A stretch of DNA of 64,000 nucleotides from SAR202 cluster bacterium. GTDB lineage: Bacteria; Chloroflexota; Dehalococcoidia; Lucifugimonadales; VGZR01. The notes below the pieces were generated by a model. The model made no database searches. It was given only the letters and a program-made list of their open reading frames with translations, and had not been told where the DNA came from. Numbering within the stretch: position 1 is the first letter of the stretch; every line of letters begins with the position of its first letter. Both the position numbers and the translations under genes were made by a program. Below are positions 29,443 through 38,804 of the stretch, piece after piece. The stretch is taken from contig VGZR01000004.1 of NCBI GenBank assembly GCA_016872515.1, positions 22,374 to 86,373 of the forward strand, in the 5' to 3' direction.

Positions 29443-32400
29443 CTATCCTTCCGGCTCTTCGACGTGAAGAACTTGGTCAGCACGCACATCCGTCAGTGTC
29501 TGGACGCGTCCGCTCGGCCAGAAGATAACGACCTGGTCCGCCTGCGCCGCCGTGCCCAGCCCGAACTCCAACTCGATGCTGTCCATCGAAAGGTAGCTCG
29601 ACCCGGCCCGCACCTCTTGCACCTGCGTCAATGCTGCTCCTCCCGCACCGGTCGCGCTGACGACATACACCCGAGCGCCGATGCCGTCCGCATTGCTTCC
29701 CGTCCCGTCTATCGCCATCCGCCCCACCAGCCGGAGTGTCAGCCAGTGGCCCGGCCCGCCGCCCTTCAGCCAGACGAACACCGGCCCAGGCACCTGCGTT
29801 ACCGTGGACTCGCGGCCCTCCCACACCGGGCCGCTGGCGTTTGTGGCGATGAGGTCCGCGTAGCCGTCCCCGTTCAGGTCGCCGTGCGCGACGCCCTTCC
29901 CGTTCTCGTGGAAGCGTGGGCTGATGCGAAGAGAAGCGGGCCTCTTGCGGAACAACTCATCGTCCAGCCCGTCGTACCGCGCGTAGGCGATGTCCAGCAC
30001 CTGCGCCTCCACCGTCACATCCTGGAAGTTCCCGCGCCCATCTCCCCGTAGCAAGCGGCCTGCCGAAGGGAACACGTCCCCGCCAGGCCCGGAGCCGCTG
30101 GCGATGTCCGATCCCAGCCAGTAAAGGTCCTGGTCGCCATCGTTCTCGAGGTCGAAGAACGTCGTCCCATAGCCGAAGTCGTAGGCCGCCAGCCCCGTGG
30201 GGAGCTGTTCCAGCGGATGGAGCAACTCGGGCCGGAGCGAGTCCGGCGGCATGTAGGGGCTGGGCACCACTCTCGTGGACGGGGCCACGTTGAGGAACGC
30301 GCCGACCGTGCCGATGCCGGCCAGGTCCACTGCCCCGTCGTTGCGCAGCAGGAAGTGCTCGCAGGTCCCCCACAGGAAGCGCATGTGGTACTCGCACGAC
30401 CCGCTCGGCCCCCGCATCGGCGCTCGCAGATATGGATGGTAGCCCATGTTGGTCGCGAACACGTCCAGGTCGGCGTCCGAGTCTATGTCCCCGACGGCGA
30501 ACCCCATCCACGCCCCCACCTTGTCGAGGCCCATCGCCGCCGCCACGTCCGTGAAGCGTATCCTCCCCGGCGTCGAGTCGTTCCGGTACACGTGGAACCG
30601 GTCGCCGTCCTTGGCGATGAACAGGTCCACGTCCCCATCGTCGTCGTAGTCGAAGAACATCGCGCTGTGCGTCTGCCCGGTCGGCTCACCCACGACGTTC
30701 CCGGCCTGGTCCACGAATGTGGGGTCCCACCCTTCGTACTCCTTCCCCGTGGCGGGGTCCGTGAACTTGTAGGCCCTCCCGTCCGGCGCGCGCATCACGA
30801 CCTCGCTCCCCCGCACTCCCGCCTCCTCCGCGATCTCGGCAAACGTGCCGTCGCCGTTGTTGCGGTAGAGCACGCTGTAATGGCCCGGATGGTTGGCTGA
30901 GCCGAAGTCGCGAAAGGCCTGCGCCATCAGGTTCCCGACAAAGATATCCACCCACCCATCGTTGTCCACGTCGGCGCACGCAATGCTCGTCGCCGAACGG
31001 ATGTTGGCCGCATCGCCCAGCGCCGAGCCGGTGATATCGCGGAACGTCCCATCCTTGTTGTTGAGGAACAAAAGGTCTTTTGCCCCAGGCCACGCGGACG
31101 GCGTGCGGAAGTCCAGCTTCTGCTCCGGGTCGGCCCAACCACCCACGTACAGATCCTGATAGCCGTCGTTGTTGACGTCACATGCCGCCACGCCGGTGCT
31201 ATGCTGCTCCACCGCATCCACGCCCGCCGCCTTCGCCACGTCGGTGAACGTCCCATCGCCGTTGTTGCGGTAAAGCAGGTTCGGCTTGCCGCCCTGTTGC
31301 GTCAGATAGAAGTCCAGGTCGCCGTCGCGGTCGAAGTCGAAGATGCCGACGCCCGGCCGGTCGTTCCACAGCGCCTGCCCCTGCCTGTCGAGCACCAGCG
31401 CCGTCACGTCCCTGAACGGCACCACTGGCTCCGATAGCCACGTGTCGCCTTCCGTTGGAGTTGGGCTTGGGGATGGGCTCACAGGAGCAATACGCGCAGG
31501 CGTCCCCCTGAACGGCACGTCCGCCACGCCCGACTCCCCGTTGCCTACGCCATCGCCGGTGGAACGCCGCGAGTTCACCCGCGAGAACAGCGCCCGAGCA
31601 TCCTCCGACGCGGCCTGCTCGGCCTCGCCACTTGGCCCCAGCCCACTACCGGCCACAGTCGGTGCCGGCTCCCTCTCTGGCGTCAGCGCCGCAAGCCCCC
31701 ATACCGCCAGGCCCAACGCGACGCCGGTGGCCCCCACGACCCATGCCCGGGATGCGGCCTTAGGCAACGGTCGCCGCTCGCCTCCCCAGGAGTACACCAG
31801 CGGGCCGGACACCGCCGCCACCGCCAGCAGCGCCGTTGCCGGGGCAACGCCCCCGCCCAACACTACGACGACCACCACGAGGGGCACGGCTGCCAGGGGC
31901 CACGCCCCCACGGCCAGCCCCAACGCCGTGCCGACGGCCACGCCGCCCGCGCTGTTTCCCAGGTAGGGGGTAATCTTTTCGGGCAGCGCCTCAGACGAAG
32001 CCAGTGCGCCGAGAAACACTCCCGCCACGACCAGCAGCCCGGCCACAAGCGCGTACCCGAGGCTGCTGACAACCAGGCCCCGCAGCCACTTGGCCGCGCC
32101 CGGCCGTGCCTCGTCGCCTTCCTCGGTCAGCCACGCCCAGAACGCCCCCGCGGCCACCGCCGCGATCGCCAGCCCGCCGATGACCCCCTGCACCACACCG
32201 TTCGCCCCCAACATAGGCGCCGCCAACAACACCGCCAGCAGCAGCGCCGGCAAAGCTGCCCTCGCAGACCGGGGCCAGGTGAGTCCTAGACCCGCCCAAC
32301 TCAACCGTCCCAGGCTGCCGGTCGGGGTGAGCAGCGCCTGCGTTACGCCCGCTGCCGCCAGCGCCAGGCCAAGGCCCAACGCCGTCTGTCTCAGGAAGTC

Positions 32401-32598
32401 CGTCGAGAAGGTTGTCCACGAGGTCCTTCCCCCGGAACTGACCTCTATGCAGAAGCCTTGAAGGCACTGAACACCTGGCTCGGCGGAGACGTGCAAGCCC
32501 ACCCGCTGCGCCCCCAACTCCCCTGCCCGCCCAAAGAAGAAGGCGGCCGCCAACAGCAGGCCCAGCAATAAGACTCCGACGAGACGCCCTCCGACCAC
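29443..32598 (-). CDS. Polytopic-membrane N-terminal domain fused to FG-GAP/VCBS repeats and a UnbV/ASPIC domain (CRTAC1-family-like), paralogue 2
   Basis: Collinear with 26072-29323. The propeller and ASPIC parts are nearly identical in long stretches, while the N-terminal and linker parts are more diverged. GTG start. Confidence 0.8.
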   Translation of the reverse strand: MVGGRLVGVLLLGLLLAAAFFFGRAGELGAQRVGLHVSAEPGVQCLQGFCIEVSSGGRTSWTTFSTDFLRQTALGLGLALAAAGVTQALLTPTGSLGRLSWAGLGLTWPRSARAALPALLLAVLLAAPMLGANGVVQGVIGGLAIAAVAAGAFWAWLTEEGDEARPGAAKWLRGLVVSSLGYALVAGLLVVAGVFLGALASSEALPEKITPYLGNSAGGVAVGTALGLAVGAWPLAAVPLVVVVVVLGGGVAPATALLAVAAVSGPLVYSWGGERRPLPKAASRAWVVGATGVALGLAVWGLAALTPEREPAPTVAGSGLGPSGEAEQAASEDARALFSRVNSRRSTGDGVGNGESGVADVPFRGTPARIAPVSPSPSPTPTEGDTWLSEPVVPFRDVTALVLDRQGQALWNDRPGVGIFDFDRDGDLDFYLTQQGGKPNLLYRNNGDGTFTDVAKAAGVDAVEQHSTGVAACDVNNDGYQDLYVGGWADPEQKLDFRTPSAWPGAKDLLFLNNKDGTFRDITGSALGDAANIRSATSIACADVDNDGWVDIFVGNLMAQAFRDFGSANHPGHYSVLYRNNGDGTFAEIAEEAGVRGSEVVMRAPDGRAYKFTDPATGKEYEGWDPTFVDQAGNVVGEPTGQTHSAMFFDYDDDGDVDLFIAKDGDRFHVYRNDSTPGRIRFTDVAAAMGLDKVGAWMGFAVGDIDSDADLDVFATNMGYHPYLRAPMRGPSGSCEYHMRFLWGTCEHFLLRNDGAVDLAGIGTVGAFLNVAPSTRVVPSPYMPPDSLRPELLHPLEQLPTGLAAYDFGYGTTFFDLENDGDQDLYWLGSDIASGSGPGGDVFPSAGRLLRGDGRGNFQDVTVEAQVLDIAYARYDGLDDELFRKRPASLRISPRFHENGKGVAHGDLNGDGYADLIATNASGPVWEGRESTVTQVPGPVFVWLKGGGPGHWLTLRLVGRMAIDGTGSNADGIGARVYVVSATGAGGAALTQVQEVRAGSSYLSMDSIELEFGLGTAAQADQVVIFWPSGRVQTLTDVRADQVLHVEEPEG

Positions 32599-32821
32599 TC
32601 CTCGCCTCCCCCAACGGCTTGCTCATGCGCTCGGTGAAGCACCGCGCGCGGTCACCCCAGTATAGCATCCATACGGGGCGGTATCTGTCATGCCAGCGCG
32701 AGGCGAGAGGGCCGGACTCCTCGTCCGCAGTTAACCTGTGCGGGCAGCGTGCTGACCTTGTCGCTAAGAAAAACTCGAGGCGTATGCTCAGGGTAGAACC
32801 CACCAGGCCCATAACCGAAGT

Positions 32822-33379
32822 TTGCAGTCTGGTGTGACCAATCCCAAAAAGATATCGGCCTCCGTCCTGACAAAGGACGGTCCCCACCTTTGTTATCTTC
32901 TTAGGGTTGAACGACGTGGCTACGACATTTACTGCGTCCCGCCTTGCCTTGGGATGCACTATTCCGTGCATGATAGCGGTGAAGCTCATTTCCGATTTGA
33001 ACGAAGAGAAGAGGAGCAGATAGAGGCACCAGTAGTTCTAATGGGAGGCGAGGCAGAGGTGCTTAGCGGTAATGGCATCATCCGTACACCTCTCCGCGAC
33101 TTGAGTGTCGCCATTGGCGTTTGCACGGAGTTCTTCCCCATTGATTCGCTAGACTACGACTTCAAAACACTTGACCGCAGCTCAAAGGAATGCTTTGTAG
33201 CTGACAAAAGCAAGTTTCCCAGTACCACTAGTTCTATCGAGGTTGAAATTTGGGCGGTTCCCGAGAGATACAAGACGAGCTTCGAGTGGAACAAACCAGG
33301 AATCTCTTCAGATTTCCTGTATAAACTAGCTGAGGTCGAACCTCAGATTTGGATCTACGCTCATGCTTCAGCTTTCTAA
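32822..33379 (+). CDS. Hypothetical protein (orphan, low GC)
   Basis: The frame is open from 32768. Candidate starts are TTG 32822, GTG 34 nt... 32834, and ATG 32954. One sampled line is 42% G+C. I recognise no family motif. Confidence 0.4.
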   Translation: MQSGVTNPKKISASVLTKDGPHLCYLLRVERRGYDIYCVPPCLGMHYSVHDSGEAHFRFERREEEQIEAPVVLMGGEAEVLSGNGIIRTPLRDLSVAIGVCTEFFPIDSLDYDFKTLDRSSKECFVADKSKFPSTTSSIEVEIWAVPERYKTSFEWNKPGISSDFLYKLAEVEPQIWIYAHASAF

Positions 33380-33424
33380 CTGTCTGGCCTATTGCCACAG
33401 CCTGTCAGTCACGAGGTAGCCTCG

Positions 33425-34438
33425 ATGCCGGACTACAACGTATTCGAGTTAGGCGATGTTCAGCTGCAGTCCGGGGCCGGGTTGAAGGGCGCCAAGCTGG
33501 TGTACAAGACCTACGGCACGTTGAACCACCGCAAGGACAACGTCATCGTCTTCCCCACCCATTACAGCGGCACGCACAAGGACAACGAGCTGCTCATAGG
33601 CGACGGCCTCGCCCTCGACCCCAAGAGGTACTTCATCGTCGTCCCCAACATGTTCGGCAACGGGCTGTCCTCGTCCCCCAGCAGCAGTCCGAAACCCTTC
33701 AACAAGGCCGGCTTCCCCAACATCACGCTCCTCGACAACGTGACGTGCCAACGCAGGCTCGTGACCGAGAAGTTCGGCGTGGAGCGCGTCGCGCTGGTCT
33801 GCGGCTTCTCGATGGGGGCGCAGCAGACCTACCACTGGGGCGCGCTGTTCCCCGGCATGGTGGAGCGCATCATGCCCTGGTGCGGCTCGGCGAAGACCTC
33901 GCGCCACAACTTCGTCTTCCTCGAAGGCGTGAAGGCGGCGCTGCGAGCCGACAGCGCGTGGAAAGACGGCTGGTACGACACGCCTCCGGAAAAGGGGCTG
34001 CGCGCCTGCGCCCGCGTGTATGCGGGCTGGGGGCCGTCCCAGGCGTTCTACCGCGAGGAGATAGACCTGAAGCTAGGGTTCTCCTCCCTTGAGGACTACC
34101 TCGTCCGGGCATGGGAAGAGCGGTTTCTCCAGAACGACGCCAACGACCTCCTGGCGATGGCGTGGAGCTGGCAGAACGCCGACATCAGCGCGAACAAGCT
34201 GTACAGGGGCGACTTCCACAAGGCCCTGGGCGCCATCAAGGCGAAGGCCATCGTCATGCCGTCGCAGACCGACCAGTACTTCCCTGTCGCCGACAACGAG
34301 AACGAGGTGCGCCACATGCCCAACGCCGAACTGCGGGTCATCCCCTCGATATGGGGCCATGCCGCCGGCGGCGCGGGACGCAACCCGGTGGACACCGCGT
34401 TCATAGACCGCGCGCTCAAGGAACTGCTGGCGAGCTGA
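33425..34438 (+). CDS. Alpha/beta hydrolase of the homoserine O-acetyltransferase (MetX)-like family
   Basis: VIVFPTHYSGTH..., the nucleophile elbow GFSMGAQQ, and C-terminal IPS.WGHAAG. ATG at 33425 has GAGG upstream. Confidence 0.7.
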   Translation: MPDYNVFELGDVQLQSGAGLKGAKLVYKTYGTLNHRKDNVIVFPTHYSGTHKDNELLIGDGLALDPKRYFIVVPNMFGNGLSSSPSSSPKPFNKAGFPNITLLDNVTCQRRLVTEKFGVERVALVCGFSMGAQQTYHWGALFPGMVERIMPWCGSAKTSRHNFVFLEGVKAALRADSAWKDGWYDTPPEKGLRACARVYAGWGPSQAFYREEIDLKLGFSSLEDYLVRAWEERFLQNDANDLLAMAWSWQNADISANKLYRGDFHKALGAIKAKAIVMPSQTDQYFPVADNENEVRHMPNAELRVIPSIWGHAAGGAGRNPVDTAFIDRALKELLAS

Positions 34439-34530
34439 GTCCGGCTACGTCCCGGTCCCCTCCGCCGCTTGACGGCCGGCGCGGTTTCGCGGAAGCTTGT
34501 GGCCACGAACGCTGCGCCACGGAGGCCGCC

Positions 34531-35295
34531 ATGTACCGCACCGACATGTACGAAGGGATGCTGTCCGAGACGGTCACGATGCCCGGCCACAAAGGGGACG
34601 TCATCAACGCCTACTTCGCGCGGCCCCTGGGCAAGGGGCCGTTCCCCGGCGTCGTCCTCGCTCACCACCTGCCGGGCTGGGACGAGTGGTACAGGGAAAC
34701 AACCCGCAGGTTCGCTCACCACGGGTATTTGGCAATCTCCCCTAACCTTTACTTCCGCGCCGGCCACGGGGTCCCCGAGGACGTGGCCGCGAAAGTGCGG
34801 GCCGACGGCGGCGCCTCCGACGACCAGGTCGTGGGCGACCTGGCGGGCGCGATGCGCTACCTGCGTTCGCTCCCCTACTCCACCGGCAAGGTCGCCGTAT
34901 TCGGCACATGCTCAGGTGGCCGACACGCCTTCCTGGCCGCGTGCAGGGCGAAGGGGTTCGATGCCGCCGTGGACTGCTGGGGCGGGCGCGTGGTGATGTC
35001 CTCTCAGGAACTGACGCCACAGCAGCCGATCGCGCCCATAGACTACACCAAAGACCTCTCCTGCCCGCTGCTGGGCCTCTTCGGCGAGGAGGACAGCAGC
35101 CCGACGCCGGAGCAGGTGAAGAAGCACGAGCAGGAGCTGAAGAAACACGGCAAGAACTATGAGTTCCACATGTACCCCAAGGCAGGTCACGGCATCTTCT
35201 ACCACGACAGGCCGATGTACCGGCAGGAGCAGGCGATGGACGGCTGGAAGAAGCTGTTCACGTTCCTGGAAAAACACCTTGACAAGGCGTCGTAG
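34531..35295 (+). CDS. Dienelactone hydrolase family protein
   Basis: PGVVLAHHLPGWDEW, the nucleophile region FGTCSGGRHA, and YPKAGHGIF. GGAGG lies 6 nt upstream of ATG 34531. Confidence 0.8.
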   Translation: MYRTDMYEGMLSETVTMPGHKGDVINAYFARPLGKGPFPGVVLAHHLPGWDEWYRETTRRFAHHGYLAISPNLYFRAGHGVPEDVAAKVRADGGASDDQVVGDLAGAMRYLRSLPYSTGKVAVFGTCSGGRHAFLAACRAKGFDAAVDCWGGRVVMSSQELTPQQPIAPIDYTKDLSCPLLGLFGEEDSSPTPEQVKKHEQELKKHGKNYEFHMYPKAGHGIFYHDRPMYRQEQAMDGWKKLFTFLEKHLDKAS

Positions 35296-35322
35296 GCCGA
35301 TAACGGCAGAGGGAGAGAAACG

Positions 35323-35589
35323 ATGTGTACGATGATCGTCGAGAAGGCGAAGGTGTCGGGCAGCGGCAAGGGGCGGGACGGGTGGTTCACCCTGCGGCAG
35401 GCCAACGTGTCCTACGACCACCCCTTCCACGCGCCGCTTGACCACGCGGTGAACATAGACTTCGTCAACCCAGAGCTGGGGCTCGATGCGCGGGTCGCGG
35501 TCGAGCTGTCGGCAGACGCGGCCCGGGAACTGGTACGGGCCATCACGACCGCGCTGGAGCGCGGCGACCAGCAGCACGTACGCAGCTGA
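35323..35589 (+). CDS. Small conserved hypothetical protein (88 aa)
   Basis: MCTMIVEKAKVSGSGKGRDGWFTLRQANVSYDHPFHAP...NIDFVNPELG..ARVAVELS. I recall a similar small DUF (possibly DUF6295), but the name is unverified. Confidence 0.55.
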   Translation: MCTMIVEKAKVSGSGKGRDGWFTLRQANVSYDHPFHAPLDHAVNIDFVNPELGLDARVAVELSADAARELVRAITTALERGDQQHVRS

Positions 35590-35605
35590 GCTAGCGGCGA
35601 AAGGC

Positions 35606-36997
35606 ATGGGCGAACTCATCTACCGGTCGGCCTCGTCGCTGGCCCGCGCCATCCGGGAGAAGAAGGCGTCGTCCGTGGAGGTGGTGGAGGCCCACCTGCG
35701 GCGCATCGAGCAGGTGAACCCAAAGCTCAACGCCGTCGTCCAACTGCGGGCGGAGGAGGCCCTGGCCGAAGCCCGTGCCGCGGACAAAGCCCTCTCGCGC
35801 GGCAAGCTCTCCGGCCCGCTCCACGGCGTCCCCGTGACCATCAAGGACGCCATCGAGACTGCGGGCATCATCACCACGGGCGGCACGAAGGGCATGGCCT
35901 CCCACGTCCCGTCGAAGGACGCAACCGTCGTCGCCCGCCTCAAGGCCGCCGGCGCCATCGTGCTGGGGAAGACCAATGTGCCGGAGTTCAGCCTCGTGGG
36001 CGAGAGCGCCAACCTGGTCTATGGGCGCACCAACAACCCCTACGACCTGTCGCGCACCCCAGGGGGAAGCAGCGGCGGCGAGGCCGCCATCATCGCGGCG
36101 GGCGGCTCGCCGCTCGGATTGGGCTCCGACGCAGGCGGGAGCGTCCGGATACCGGCCCACAACTGCGGCATCGCTGGCATCTACCCCACTTCGGGCCGCG
36201 TCCCTATGACTGGACACTGGCCGCGCTACGACGGCGCGTTCACCCTGCCGACCCAGATCGGTCCAATGGCGCGGCACGTGGAAGACCTGGCCCTCGCCTT
36301 GAGCATCATCTCCGGCCCCGACTGGCGCGACGCCCACGTGGTGCCGATGCCGCTCGGCGACTACCGCAGCGTGAAGCTGCGCGGGCTTCGGGTGGCCTAC
36401 TTCACGGACAACGGCCTCTCTACGACGCGCAAAGACATCGCCTCCGCCGTCGAGAGCGCGGCCAAGGCCCTCGGCGGCGCGGGCTGCAAGGTCGAGCAGA
36501 CCCGGCGGCCCCAGGGGTTCGAACGCGCCGGAGAGCTCTGGTTCGGGCTGCTGACCCTGGACGGCGGCGCGGGCCTGCGGCAGGTGCTCCGGGAGACGGG
36601 GTCAGGAAGGCCCCATCCGTTCACGCAGATGATCCTCAACATCCAGCGGGCCGCCAAGATGTCGCGGGCCGAGACCGGGGCGCTGCTTGTGGACATAGAC
36701 CGGTTCCGCGGCGCGATGCTCTCGTACATCGAGCCCTACGACGCCGTCGTGAGCCCGGCGCACGGCGTTCCCGCCCCTCTCCACAACTTCACCCTCAAGT
36801 CAGACTACACCCCCGCCTTCGCCTTCGCGTTCAACCTCGCCGGCTGGCCCAGCGCCGTCGTGCGGTGCGGGACTTCGGATGAGGGCCTGCCCATCGGGGT
36901 GCAGGTGGCGGCGAAGCCGTGGAGGGAGGACGCCGCACTGGCGGCGGTGGCCTGGGTCGAAAAAGAGTTCGGCGGCTGGGTCAAGCCCCCACTCTAG
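35606..36997 (+). CDS. Amidase-signature family amidase
   Basis: GVPVTIKD and GGSSGGEAAIIAAGGSPLGLGSDAGGSVRIPA (Ser-cisSer-Lys signature). Confidence 0.85.
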   Translation: MGELIYRSASSLARAIREKKASSVEVVEAHLRRIEQVNPKLNAVVQLRAEEALAEARAADKALSRGKLSGPLHGVPVTIKDAIETAGIITTGGTKGMASHVPSKDATVVARLKAAGAIVLGKTNVPEFSLVGESANLVYGRTNNPYDLSRTPGGSSGGEAAIIAAGGSPLGLGSDAGGSVRIPAHNCGIAGIYPTSGRVPMTGHWPRYDGAFTLPTQIGPMARHVEDLALALSIISGPDWRDAHVVPMPLGDYRSVKLRGLRVAYFTDNGLSTTRKDIASAVESAAKALGGAGCKVEQTRRPQGFERAGELWFGLLTLDGGAGLRQVLRETGSGRPHPFTQMILNIQRAAKMSRAETGALLVDIDRFRGAMLSYIEPYDAVVSPAHGVPAPLHNFTLKSDYTPAFAFAFNLAGWPSAVVRCGTSDEGLPIGVQVAAKPWREDAALAAVAWVEKEFGGWVKPPL

Positions 36998-36999
36998 CG

Positions 37000-37020
37000 C
37001 AAGGCTGGCAGCCAGCCTTG
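37000..37020 (+). terminator. Short hairpin after the amidase gene
   Basis: caaggctgg-cag-ccagccttg gives a 9-bp stem. There is no clear T tract, and the hairpin overlaps a TTGACA hexamer (37018-37023). Confidence 0.3.
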
Positions 37021-37103
37021 ACAAACCCAGCACATCAACCTACGGTTGCGCTGTTTCCGCAAAGCCCGCCAACGCAGACCACATTTCAATGAGAGGTGCC
37101 GCC

Positions 37104-38327
37104 ATGCCGAAGACAGGATTCGCCAAATACGGCGTATCGCGGTTCGAGGACCGGGACATGGGGGTGAAACGGGTGCGCTGCCAGGTAGGCAAGCCCCTGG
37201 CCGAGCAGTGAGACAAGGGCCACAACCGCTGGCATCCCGATATCCCGCCGCTGGTGGAGCTGGAGCCGGGCGAGCAGGTGATCCTGGAGACCCCCGGCTA
37301 CGACGACTACCAGCTCATGGACAACGACGGCGTGGACGACATCAAGACGATGGACCTAAGCCGCGTCCACCTGCTGGCCGGCCCGGTGAAGGTGCGCGAG
37401 GCCGAGCCCGGCGACCTGCTGGTGGTGGACCTGCTGGAGGTCTCGCCCCTGAGCGGCATCGGCTACTCCTGCGTCATCCCCGAGATCGGTGGCATCCTCA
37501 AGGACGTCTTCCCCAAGGCGTTCAAGTCGGTCTGGTACATGCGCGGCAACGTCTATGCCGAGTCCAGGCACATCCCCGGCGTGCGCATCCCTGCCCTGCC
37601 CCACCCCGGCGTCATGGGCGTTGCGCCCTCCCCCGAACTGCTGCGGCTGTGGAACGAACGCTAGGCCCCGCTGGCCAAGAAGGGACAAGCCTACGGGCCT
37701 GTGCCGGAGACCGCCGTGCTGCGGAACGTCAGTGGCGCGGCGCACAGGGCGATGGCCAAGGAGGCGGCCCGCACGGTTCCGCCCCGAGAGAACGGCGGGA
37801 ACGTGAACACCAAGAACCTCTCCAGCGGGTCGGTGGTCTATTTCCCGGTCTTCGTCCCAGGGGCGCTGCTGTCGGTCGGCGACGTGCACTTCGCCGAGGG
37901 CGACGGCGAGGCCACCTGGAACGCCATCGAAATGGACGGCGTGACATGGCTGAAAGTCGGCCTGCTGAAGGGCGCGGCGAAGAAGCACAACATCCGCATG
38001 CCCATGTTCCGGCCAGGGCCTATCGAGCCACAGTTCGGCAACCGCTACCTCACGTTCACCGGCTTCTGCTTCCACGGCAAGCACCAGGACTACAACAACT
38101 GCACCATGGCGGCCCGCGAGGCGCTGCTCCAGGCTGTGGACTACCTGACCAAGTTCGGCTACTCAGGGGAGCAAGCCTACACGATTCTGAGCGTAGCGCC
38201 CATCGAGTTGCGCATCAGCGGCATCACGGACGTGCCCAACTACTGCGTCACGCTTTCGTTGCCGCTGGACATCTTCGACAAGGACATCATACCCAAGGGC
38301 ACAGCGGGGCCTGCGCGGCAGCGGTAG
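37104..38327 (+). pseudogene. Acetamidase/formamidase (FmdA/AmdA) family gene interrupted by two in-frame stop codons
   Basis: A single reading frame runs throughout. TGA is at 37209-37211 (..GKPLAEQ*DKGHNRWHPDIP..) and TAG at 37662-37664 (..LLRLWNER*APLAKKG..). Family motifs lie on both sides (HNRWHPDIP; TVPPRENGGN; GDVHFAEGDGE). Total length is 408 codons. Confidence 0.75.
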
Positions 38328-38377
38328 CGGTTCGCACCAGCCGCAACCCCGCTGGAGCACATCGTTGATGGCACCGC

Positions 38378-38698
38378 CTATTCCCAGACAGCAAGCTCGC
38401 CAATCAGGAATACCAGGACTACCAGCCCGATGAGGGCAGCCAGGAATACGAAGACTGACTGCTCATTGCTGCGGATGATGCCGACAACCCCCGTCAGAAG
38501 AGCGAGGATGCCGCAGACGAAGAAGAGGAGTATCGGGACCGACAGCGCCAGATTATCCGCGAATGTTTCCCCTCCCTCTTGGCCAGAGGCCACCAGGCCC
38601 TGGACCAGCGCGAACAGCAACGCGGCCGCGCCGAGCAGCCCCACCGACCACGCGCCTAAGGGCGTCGTTGGCCTTATGGTGACTCTCATAGATATCAC
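38378..38698 (-). CDS. Small hypothetical membrane protein
   Basis: 106 aa with three or four hydrophobic helices. No family recognised. Confidence 0.5.
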   Translation of the reverse strand: MISMRVTIRPTTPLGAWSVGLLGAAALLFALVQGLVASGQEGGETFADNLALSVPILLFFVCGILALLTGVVGIIRSNEQSVFVFLAALIGLVVLVFLIGELAVWE

Positions 38699-38804
38699 CC
38701 CCCTTCCGTCCGGTCACGACGTGCCTCCACTGTAGCTCGGACAGGGTGTGATCCACGTGAAACGGCAGCCAGCGCGCGTGAAGGTCTCGTAAAGGCACCG
38801 CCTG

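Noticed and set aside
37209-37211. The in-frame TGA in the formamidase-family gene as selenocysteine.
   Set aside because: There is no convincing stem-loop within ~40 nt downstream, the position is in a poorly conserved N-terminal stretch, and the same gene also carries a TAG.
37662-37664. In-frame TAGs (also 47429-47431 and 61254-61256) as pyrrolysine codons, prompted by the nearby corrinoid methyl-transfer genes.
   Set aside because: There is no pylT/pylS/pylBCD or Pyl-type methyltransferase in the window. The affected genes are not known Pyl proteins, and TAG terminates many ordinary genes here. It cannot be supported from this sequence.
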